Shown here one piece after another: positions 56,743-64,000 of a stretch of DNA of 64,000 bases. The DNA lies in NCBI GenBank assembly GCA_021799085.1, contig JAJZBD010000002.1:37355-101354 (forward strand), written 5' to 3'. Every line of letters starts with the position of its first letter. Position 1 is the first letter of the stretch. A program made the position numbers and the translations under genes. This DNA comes from Nanobdellota archaeon (GTDB taxonomy: Archaea; Nanobdellota; Nanobdellia; Parvarchaeales; Parvarchaeaceae). The notes under the pieces are model-generated. The model saw nothing but the letters and a program-made list of their open reading frames with translations. It was not told where the DNA came from and did not search any database.

Positions 56743-57134
56743 TAGAGAATGGAATTCTTGGCATAGTCGGAATTTTAACTGGTACAGTGATACTGATATC
56801 AACTTTAGGTTTTATTTATTTTATGCGTTCTGCATATAGGTATGGTTCCAGAGATGAAGCGAACAAATTTTTTGGTAGTTATATGTTCAATAACCCCAAA
56901 AGATACATAATAGCATTTTTGTTTTTAGTGTTAGCGGGCATGTCCTTGTCAATAGGGTTCATATTTGCATTTATAGCTAGCTTTTTTATGAGTCCATTGG
57001 TCATATGGGAACTTCTTAGCTCCGTTTCCCTTATTGCGCTTGCGGGTTTTTTCGTAACATTTACAAGCATAGATCATCCAAAATCTTTTCTAAACTATAT
57101 AGCATTTCTAAAGGCAAAAAATAAAAAGAAGTAG
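56739..57134 (+). CDS. Small integral membrane protein, partner C3
   Basis: 131-aa hydrophobic protein with a 4-bp overlap with C2. Confidence 0.45.
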   Translation: MIENGILGIVGILTGTVILISTLGFIYFMRSAYRYGSRDEANKFFGSYMFNNPKRYIIAFLFLVLAGMSLSIGFIFAFIASFFMSPLVIWELLSSVSLIALAGFFVTFTSIDHPKSFLNYIAFLKAKNKKK

Positions 57135-57192
57135 TTTTTTGTTTTTAATTACAGTTAGATAGCGTTAAATTCTTTAAAGTAGTAGAATTTAA

Positions 57193-57924
57193 ATGGAACT
57201 GCCATTAGTTTATGGACACAGGGGAGCAGCAATAGAAGCTCCTGAGAATACATTGCCTTCGTTTAAAATTGCTAAAAAACTGGGAGTTTACGGTGTAGAG
57301 ATGGATCTGCACACAAGCAAAGACGGAGAATTAATCGTAATGCATGACGAAACTTTAGATAGAACAACCAATGGTAAAGGCTTGATTCATTCGCACACTC
57401 TTGAAGAGATTAAAAAGCTTGATGCAGGCTTCAAGTTCGGTAAGAAATGGAAAGGAACAAGAGTTTCTACATTAAGGGAAGTTTTTGAAGGATTGGGAAG
57501 AATAAACTATTATCTGGAAATAAAACAAAGTTCAAAGGTTTATCCGGGGATAGAAGAAAAGATGTTGGATTTAATAGACGAGTTTAATCTGAAGAAAAAC
57601 GTTCAAATAATATCGTTTGACTTCGATTCTTTGGAAATCGTAAGAAAATTGGACAAAACAATTAGAACCGGTTTACTTTACACAGGTAAATCCTCTTGGT
57701 TTATAGATATAGCTAAAAATCTTAAAATAAATTTTTTGCAGCCGGCATTTAACTTAATTTATCAAGATGACATAGAAATTGCAAGGAAAAATGGCTTTGA
57801 AGTTGCTGCTTGGACAGTAGATACCGTTGAGGACATAAAAAGGGCAATAGATTTAAAAGTAGACAGCATAACTTCAAACGATCCAAGACTTGTACTGCGT
57901 ACACTTAAAAAGTATGCAAAATGA
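57193..57924 (+). CDS. glpQ: Glycerophosphodiester phosphodiesterase
   Basis: HRGAAIEAPENTL and EMDLHTSKDGELIVMHD GDPD signatures. Confidence 0.85.
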   Translation: MELPLVYGHRGAAIEAPENTLPSFKIAKKLGVYGVEMDLHTSKDGELIVMHDETLDRTTNGKGLIHSHTLEEIKKLDAGFKFGKKWKGTRVSTLREVFEGLGRINYYLEIKQSSKVYPGIEEKMLDLIDEFNLKKNVQIISFDFDSLEIVRKLDKTIRTGLLYTGKSSWFIDIAKNLKINFLQPAFNLIYQDDIEIARKNGFEVAAWTVDTVEDIKRAIDLKVDSITSNDPRLVLRTLKKYAK

Positions 57925-59413
57925 TAAATATGTCGCAGCAGTAGATCAAGGAACGACTGGCACGAAATGTTTAATATTTGACATAAACGGAAAGGTTATC
58001 AGCAAAGCATATAAAAGACACAGGCAAATCCTGCCAAAGGAAGGCTGGGTAGAGCATGATCCTTTGGAAATACTAAGCAATGTCAAATTTGTTTTAAGCT
58101 CTGCCATTAATTCAGCAAAGCTAGAAGCTAAAGATATCACTGCAGTAGGAATAAGCAATCAAAGGGAAACTACAGTACTGTGGGATAAGAAAACTGGAAT
58201 GCCGTTAAGCAATGCAATAGTGTGGCAGGATTTGCGTACTCAAGACATAATAAAAAAGATTAAGGATAATCGCAATGAAAAAGAAATAGAGCAAAAAACT
58301 GGTCTAAAAATGAGCGCTTATTTCTCTGCTTCCAAGATAAAGTGGTTAATTGATAACTCTGATAAAATAAAGAGACTATTAGCAGAAAAGCGCGTATTAG
58401 CAGGCAATATCGACAGCTGGCTTATATGGAAATTAACTAGTGAAAAAAGGCATTTAACAGACTATACAAATGCATCAAGAACGTTGTTGATGAATTTAAG
58501 AACAAAGGAATGGGATTCGGATATGCTGGAAATTTTCAGGATACCTGAAGACATACTGCCAGAAATAAAACCTTCCATAAATAACGAAGGATTTGGAACC
58601 ATTAATTATAGTAATTTTAAGGGCGTTAGAATAACAGGGGTGCTAGGAGACCAGCAGGCAGCTCTGCTTGGGGAAAGAGCGATTTCCGATTCTGATATAA
58701 AGGTTACGTATGGAACAGGCAGCTTCATACTTCAAAACACTGGCAGAAAAATAAAGAGGCAAAAAGGACTTTTGACAACCTGCGCTTACGGTGCCAGCAA
58801 AAATGACTGCAATTACGCATTGGAAGGCTCAGTACCAATATCAGGAGAAATATTTGATTGGCTGGAAGAATTAGGTGTAATGAAATCCTTCTCAGAGATT
58901 AAAGATGCAATAGCTTCTGGTCTGGATATAAATCTTTTCTTAGTGCCTGCATTCAGCGGGTTGTTCTCCCCGTACTGGGATGAATCTGCAAGAGGCATAA
59001 TCATAGGGCTGACAAGGAAATCCAACAGGCTTGATTTCATAAAAGCCGCAGCATACTCAATATGCCTGCAGGTTGTTGATATAATAAAAAGAATGGAAAA
59101 CTTAAATGATAAAATAAATGTCGATGGCGGGGTTGCAAGCAATGATTACATAATGCAGTTGCAGGCGAATCTGCTTGAAAAACGGATATATAGGTCGGAT
59201 TTAGTGGAAGAAAGCGCATTTGGCGCAGCGCTATCGGCAGGAATATCCTCTGGCATATGGAACTTCAACAGCATAAAAAATTTAAATAGGTCTGGCAGGT
59301 ATTTTTATCCAAAAGTGGACAGTAAAATCTATAATTTGATATATAGTAAATGGGTTGATGCAGTGAAAAGATCAAGGAATTGGAACAAAAGCTTTAAATA
59401 TAACAAAAATTAG
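57914..59413 (+). CDS. glpK: Glycerol kinase
   Basis: Start chosen at MQNDKYVAAVDQGTTGTKC (FGGY N-terminus). WQDLRT and GTGSF motifs present. The track ORF begins 24 nt earlier, in frame. Confidence 0.9.
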   Translation: MQNDKYVAAVDQGTTGTKCLIFDINGKVISKAYKRHRQILPKEGWVEHDPLEILSNVKFVLSSAINSAKLEAKDITAVGISNQRETTVLWDKKTGMPLSNAIVWQDLRTQDIIKKIKDNRNEKEIEQKTGLKMSAYFSASKIKWLIDNSDKIKRLLAEKRVLAGNIDSWLIWKLTSEKRHLTDYTNASRTLLMNLRTKEWDSDMLEIFRIPEDILPEIKPSINNEGFGTINYSNFKGVRITGVLGDQQAALLGERAISDSDIKVTYGTGSFILQNTGRKIKRQKGLLTTCAYGASKNDCNYALEGSVPISGEIFDWLEELGVMKSFSEIKDAIASGLDINLFLVPAFSGLFSPYWDESARGIIIGLTRKSNRLDFIKAAAYSICLQVVDIIKRMENLNDKINVDGGVASNDYIMQLQANLLEKRIYRSDLVEESAFGAALSAGISSGIWNFNSIKNLNRSGRYFYPKVDSKIYNLIYSKWVDAVKRSRNWNKSFKYNKN

Positions 59414-59421
59414 ATTTTAAT

Positions 59422-60843
59422 ATGCAAAGTAACGCTGAAAACGTTCATGTACCGAGACGTTCTGTAATAACTACTCTTTCAGCGATGGGTTATTTTCTTG
59501 ACGGTTATGATCTTAGCGTAATATCAGTTTTCACATTGGTCTTAGTAACCTATAAAATCTTTCAGTATTCTGCACTTACAGAGTCACTAGTTTCAGGCGC
59601 AGCTTTGCTTGGAGCGTTTGTAGGGGCAGTTCTCTTTGGTCATTACGCAGATAGAATCGGTAGGAGATATCTTTATATTTTAGACCTTATCTTCTTTGCG
59701 GTTTTTGCAATATTATCAGCATTATCAACAAATATAACAGAAATGATAATCTTCAGGTTTTTCGTTGGCTGGGGAGTAGGAGCAGACTATGCATTAAGCC
59801 CAGTTTACACTACAGAGATGTACCCTAACAAGAAAAGAGGAGCAGGTTACGGTTGGGTATGGACATTCTGGAGCATAGGAGCAGCCGTTTCATTCATTTT
59901 AGGCTACGTATTCTTCTTACATGATCCATTAACAAGCTGGAGATGGGTTTTAGGTTTAGGTTCAATACCTGCTATCATAACTGTAATACTTAGGACAAGA
60001 ATGCCTGAATCAGCAAGATGGAAGTTAATAGATGAAGGAAAGGCAAATGATAAGAACGTAAAGACTGTAGCTCAAAAGATTGGAATGACACCGCAGGATA
60101 TTAAAGCCATACTGTCTGAAAGACAGAAAGAAGCAAACATTGCGGCAGGTTCATTTGCAGCACTATTCAAAGGGGAATACGGTAAAAGAACTGCAGTTGT
60201 CTGGACTCAGTGGATAATATACGATTTAGCTGGCTATGGGATAGGTTTGTATTCACCATTAATACTGAAAGGGCTGGGGGTAGCCGGTTCAACATCTCTT
60301 TTGTATTCATTTATATTTTACATGCCGATAGGCTTCTTGGGAGCGTTCGGTGCAGTGATGCTTAATGACAAGATCGGAAGAAGGCCATTGCAGGCATTGG
60401 GCTTTGCAGGAATGGCCGTAGCCATGCTTTTATTCTTCATAGCTGCGACAGCAGCGGCTTCAATTGCCATAACTATAGGTATAATAGCATTCATATTCGA
60501 TTACGGACTTGGTAATTTAGGACCAGGAAATACAATGGGTTTGTATGCAATAGAGCTTTTGCCTACAAAATTAAGGTCTTCATCAATGGGTAGCGCTACC
60601 GGAATAACTAGAATTGCATCATTCGCATCGGCTTTTCTGTTTCCTTACTTGACGCTTACAATAGGTAAATCAGGGTTCTTCTTTATACTACTAGCATTGA
60701 TGTTATTTGTATTCTTCTTCACAGTATTCTTCACACCAGAGACAAAGGGCTTGACATTGGAAGAGATAGCAATAGCCTCCTACAAGCACGTGCATGGGGT
60801 TCCAAAATTAGTTATGCCTAACAAGGGCAAGTCTAAAAAGTGA
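59422..60843 (+). CDS. MFS transporter (sugar/phosphate-porter-like; likely glycerol-3-P or glycerophosphodiester uptake by context)
   Basis: 12 TM helices and a GHYADRIGRR MFS motif between TM2 and TM3. Immediately downstream of glpQ-glpK. Confidence 0.8.
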   Translation: MQSNAENVHVPRRSVITTLSAMGYFLDGYDLSVISVFTLVLVTYKIFQYSALTESLVSGAALLGAFVGAVLFGHYADRIGRRYLYILDLIFFAVFAILSALSTNITEMIIFRFFVGWGVGADYALSPVYTTEMYPNKKRGAGYGWVWTFWSIGAAVSFILGYVFFLHDPLTSWRWVLGLGSIPAIITVILRTRMPESARWKLIDEGKANDKNVKTVAQKIGMTPQDIKAILSERQKEANIAAGSFAALFKGEYGKRTAVVWTQWIIYDLAGYGIGLYSPLILKGLGVAGSTSLLYSFIFYMPIGFLGAFGAVMLNDKIGRRPLQALGFAGMAVAMLLFFIAATAAASIAITIGIIAFIFDYGLGNLGPGNTMGLYAIELLPTKLRSSSMGSATGITRIASFASAFLFPYLTLTIGKSGFFFILLALMLFVFFFTVFFTPETKGLTLEEIAIASYKHVHGVPKLVMPNKGKSKK

Positions 60844-60905
60844 TTTTTTATTTGATTTTAAAATTGAAAAGGCAGTGTTTTAATTTTTAAAGCTTAATGA
60901 CTCCT

Positions 60906-61556
60906 TTATATTATTAGATTTAGCCTTATCCATTCAAGTATTTTTTTCTTGTAAATTTTTTCTCTTTCCTTGTCTACTTCATTAGCTATTTTCTTTTCTG
61001 CTCCTTTTGTAAGATTTACCAGTTTTTCGTTACTGGAGCTTTTGTTCATTACTTCTATTATCGCACCGGCTATGTCCGTATACTCATCCATCTTATCTTT
61101 CCAATAATCCGGTAATTTATACGTAAGAATGGAATGCAGCATGTAAGAAAGCGTGGGTATGTGCATTTTGCCTACCTCTACGGATTTTTTCCATTTTGTG
61201 AATATTGAGTTAGGGGGAGGAAGGAGAAGCAGAAATTCAAAGTAACTTTGCAATGTATCAACCATCTTGCTGTCAAGCACCTCATACTGAAATCCATTAT
61301 TTGTCATTATAAGCATCCTTGGCTTCCTTTCCTCTAAATCTTTTATGTTTTTGGTTATATGTGTAAATGTGTCCTTTAACTTGTCATAATGATTATTTTC
61401 AGGATAAAAAAGCCGCTTTCTGTCTAGATAAAGAATCTTTATTCCCTGTGCGATATTTGCTCTTAAAAGAATGTCATCATCCACTTTTGGTTTTTCTTTT
61501 CTTTTAAATATCATTATTATAATACAAAAAGCGGATTTATTAATCCTTCTGTTCAA
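60906..61556 (-). CDS. Hypothetical protein
   Basis: 216 aa, no motif. Confidence 0.35.
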   Translation of the reverse strand: MNRRINKSAFCIIIMIFKRKEKPKVDDDILLRANIAQGIKILYLDRKRLFYPENNHYDKLKDTFTHITKNIKDLEERKPRMLIMTNNGFQYEVLDSKMVDTLQSYFEFLLLLPPPNSIFTKWKKSVEVGKMHIPTLSYMLHSILTYKLPDYWKDKMDEYTDIAGAIIEVMNKSSSNEKLVNLTKGAEKKIANEVDKEREKIYKKKILEWIRLNLII

Positions 61557-61593
61557 ACATTACTTGTTAGTCTACTGTTAGAATATAAAATGC

Positions 61594-62898
61594 TTAATCT
61601 TCCTTAAAATAATTGCGTTTGAATCTATTTTTTTTGAATCCAGAATAATGCCTATCATTATTAGTTCTGAATTCCTTCCTATATGGTTTGTTTCTGCTGA
61701 AATCTCTATTTGGGTTAAAATTACTTCTTCGTAATGCGCTTTCAACCTCGTGCCTAGAATCTCCTTTGTAAAGTTCATTTATCTTTTCTCTATAGGTAGA
61801 AAGATTAAATTCTATGTAAGAAAGTTTTATCTTAGCGTAGTTTTCTATCTCATAAACTAAGTATTTTTCTGAAGGAGTGAATATTGTAAATGCCCTTCCA
61901 CTTTTTCCCATCCTTGCGCTTCTACCTACTCTGTGAACATATGCTTTTGGATCGGTCTCGGCGTCAAAATTTATTATGTCGGAAACATTATCTATGTCTA
62001 GCCCTCTTGCAGCCACATTTGTCGCTATTAGCATGTTTGTATTCTCTTTAAACATATTCAGAGAATGTTCCCTTCTGTTTTGGCTTAAACCCCCATGCAT
62101 CAAAACCGCCTTTATGTCCATGCTCTGCATCATAGAATGGATCCTTTCCGCATTTCGCTGAGTCTTACAGAATATTATCGCTTTTTCCGGTTTTTTCTCA
62201 TCTAGATATGCAAGCAATGTTGCAAATTTGTCGCTGCCATTTGCAATGGAATAGAAATGCTGTATTGTGCTTACTGTTACTTCTCCCGCGTCTATATTGA
62301 CATTTATTGGATTGTTAGTGTAGTTTAGGGTTATGTGTTTTATCTCCTCGGGGATAGTGGCAGAAAAGAACATGGTCTGTCTTTTCTTGGGTAATTTTGA
62401 TAGTATGTATTTAATGTCGTCTATGAATCCCATATCAAGCATGATGTCTACCTCATCCAAAACAAGGAATCTTATTGAGTTGGTAATCAGCTCGCCCCTT
62501 TTCATTAGGTCTATTATTCTACCAGGAGTTCCTATTATTATGTTTGCTCCGTTTCTTATCTCCCTTATCTGGTAATTTATCGAAGCCCCGCCATAAATTG
62601 TAACTGCCTTTAGCTGAAGGTGCTTTCCAATATCCCTTACAACATCTGTTACTTGAAGTGCAAGCTCTCTAGTGGGCGTTATTATCATCGCAGCCTCTTT
62701 TTCGCTCTTTTCAAGGCTATTTAATATGGGTATAACAAAAGCAGCGGTTTTTCCACTCCCAGTTTTGGATTTTACAACTACATCTTTGCCTTCCAGTTCC
62801 AGAGGAATGGCCTGTTTTTGCACTTCAGTGGGTTCTTCAAACTTCATTTCATGCAATGCAGTTAATATCTCTTTTTTTAAATTCATCGAATCAAACAT
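61594..62898 (-). CDS. DEAD-box ATP-dependent RNA helicase
   Basis: Q-motif, Walker A SKTGSGKT, DEVD, SAT, ARGLD and HRVGRSAR motifs. Basic C-terminal tail. Confidence 0.9.
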   Translation of the reverse strand: MFDSMNLKKEILTALHEMKFEEPTEVQKQAIPLELEGKDVVVKSKTGSGKTAAFVIPILNSLEKSEKEAAMIITPTRELALQVTDVVRDIGKHLQLKAVTIYGGASINYQIREIRNGANIIIGTPGRIIDLMKRGELITNSIRFLVLDEVDIMLDMGFIDDIKYILSKLPKKRQTMFFSATIPEEIKHITLNYTNNPINVNIDAGEVTVSTIQHFYSIANGSDKFATLLAYLDEKKPEKAIIFCKTQRNAERIHSMMQSMDIKAVLMHGGLSQNRREHSLNMFKENTNMLIATNVAARGLDIDNVSDIINFDAETDPKAYVHRVGRSARMGKSGRAFTIFTPSEKYLVYEIENYAKIKLSYIEFNLSTYREKINELYKGDSRHEVESALRRSNFNPNRDFSRNKPYRKEFRTNNDRHYSGFKKNRFKRNYFKED

Positions 62899-62941
62899 AT
62901 CTATTTACAGTTTTATATTGATCTTTTGGTATAAATACACT

Positions 62942-63697
62942 ATGTATAGGAAAAATAGCGAAGAAATTATAAAAGAATGGTGGGATTCTGCTTCTGAGTA
63001 TTACCAAAAAGAAATTTCCGCAGATAAGATGACAACTGTTCAATACGGCCCTTTTGGTTCCAGTGAAGAAAAATTAAAGTTAATTGGAAAGATAAGGGGC
63101 AAACATGTTCTAGAGCTTGGGTGCGGCGGCGGGCAGGTATCAATAGCTCTGGCAAAGAAAGGGGCGGTATGCACAGGGATAGACATATCAAATAAACAGC
63201 TAGGATTTGCAAGAGAGAACGCAAAAAAAGAGGGGGTAAAAGTTGAATTTCTCGAGCTTCCTTTTTCTCGCATAAATGAGTTAAAACCCAGGAAATTTGA
63301 TGTTGTAATATCTGCAATGGCTTTGCAGTACTGTAAAGATCTTGGTTATCTGCTGAAAAGCGTTAGAGATTTACTGGCAAAGGATGGCATTTTCGTTTTT
63401 AGTATAGAGCATCCGTTTTATTTGCTTATTGATCCAAAAGATATGAAAATAAAGGAAAGCTACTTTGATTCCGGTCTGAAAATTAAAAAGGAGATATGGC
63501 CGGATAAGAGCATTCATTACTTTGCCCATTACGACAGAAAAGTGAGTGATATTGTGAATCTTATACTAGACTCTGGTTTAAAGCTTGAAAGAGTAATTGA
63601 GCCTTTTGACAAAGGAGATAAAATATGGGGCGTGGGTTACAGAAGGGCATTAGTAAATAAGATTGCACCTACCCTAATATTCAAATGCAGTAAATGA
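62942..63697 (+). CDS. Class I SAM-dependent methyltransferase
   Basis: VLELGCGGGQVSIALAKKG motif I. Start moved to the internal MYRKNSEE, because the upstream part of track ORF 62672 overlaps the helicase gene on the other strand. Confidence 0.7.
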   Translation: MYRKNSEEIIKEWWDSASEYYQKEISADKMTTVQYGPFGSSEEKLKLIGKIRGKHVLELGCGGGQVSIALAKKGAVCTGIDISNKQLGFARENAKKEGVKVEFLELPFSRINELKPRKFDVVISAMALQYCKDLGYLLKSVRDLLAKDGIFVFSIEHPFYLLIDPKDMKIKESYFDSGLKIKKEIWPDKSIHYFAHYDRKVSDIVNLILDSGLKLERVIEPFDKGDKIWGVGYRRALVNKIAPTLIFKCSK

Positions 63698-63729
63698 GCC
63701 AGCAATTAAAATTAAATACTGTAATTATC

Positions 63730-64000
63730 TATAAAAAGGATGATAAAAATACTTAGCAAGCAATACTCTGATGAGAAGAGCCTTGCTGCCTTGAATCCGA
63801 TCGTGAGAAAATGGTTTATCTCCAAGTTTAAAGAGTTGACCCCGCCGCAGAAGTTTTCTTTTAAGGTAATAAGCGATAGAAAAAATGTGCTTATAACTGC
63901 GCCTACCGGAAGTGGCAAAACACTATCTGCGTTTATACCAATAATAAACAACTTGGTAAATCTTTCATTTGATAATAAGCTAAATGATGAAATAAAGTGC
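63730..64000 (+). CDS. Lhr-like DEAD/DEAH helicase, N-terminal fragment (runs off window)
   Basis: PPQKFSFKVISDRKNVLITAPTGSGKTLSAF contains Walker A. The ORF is open to the window end. Confidence 0.55.

Noticed and set aside
62672-62941. N-terminal 90 codons of track ORF 62672-63697.
   Set aside because: This stretch overlaps the DEAD-box helicase gene on the opposite strand and has a hydrophobic junk-like translation. The methyltransferase homology begins only at the internal Met 62942, so the start was moved.
63712-63951. 79-aa minus-strand ORF at the window end.
   Set aside because: Overlaps the Walker-A containing plus-strand helicase N-terminus; shadow ORF.
1-64000. CRISPR arrays and rRNA genes were looked for.
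   Set aside because: No regularly spaced short direct repeats with unique spacers and no rRNA-like conserved stretches were seen. The only strong repeats are the intragenic coding repeats of the giant gene.

Overview
This 64-kb window is an AT-rich archaeal chromosome segment, judged by eye from the translated ORFs. The gene content points to a Thermoplasmata-type, probably wall-less acidophile (Ferroplasma, Acidiplasma or Cuniculiplasma-like). That taxonomic placement is inference only.

Main regions, 5' to 3':
- 1-4133: an integration hotspot at a minus-strand tRNA-Arg(GCG). It holds a full-length tyrosine integrase with a C-terminal zinc ribbon, a second truncated tyrosine-recombinase ORF, a divergent pair of paralogous zinc-ribbon proteins and a C2H2-type zinc-finger ORF. 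The window starts inside this element.
- 4.2-15.9 kb: HtpX, the grpE-dnaK-dnaJ operon, a GT4 glycosyltransferase with a glycosylated type-I membrane protein, tRNA-Asp(GTC), an ABC transporter and HisRS.
- 16.3-23.0 kb: a prkA / prkA-like / yeaH(DUF444-vWA) / spoVR operon.
- 23.2-30.0 kb: nop5-fibrillarin, archaeal phosphoglycerate mutase, a PolX-PHP polymerase, a KaiC-like ATPase and exonuclease III.
- 30.05-43.59 kb: a single 4512-aa ORF for a giant N-anchored, sequon-rich surface protein. It contains about 30 Cys-pair repeats of roughly 95 aa, plus a 4-5x super-repeat. The super-repeat includes 295-bp perfect intragenic DNA repeats.
- 43.6-48.7 kb: dcd, nth, bcp, speH and an IS605-family solo TnpB.
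- 45.6-47.5 kb and 56.0-57.1 kb: three paralogous, translationally coupled modules of small membrane proteins.
- 48.8-51.8 kb: a five-ORF uncharacterised island next to the IS. One ORF has a degenerate protein-kinase-like catalytic loop, and the last two ORFs are separated by a +1 frameshift in an A6 run.
- 51.8-64.0 kb: SOD, a PadR-ABC exporter, a glpQ-glpK-MFS cluster, a DEAD-box helicase, a SAM methyltransferase and the start of an Lhr-like helicase.

No CRISPR array or rRNA was seen.
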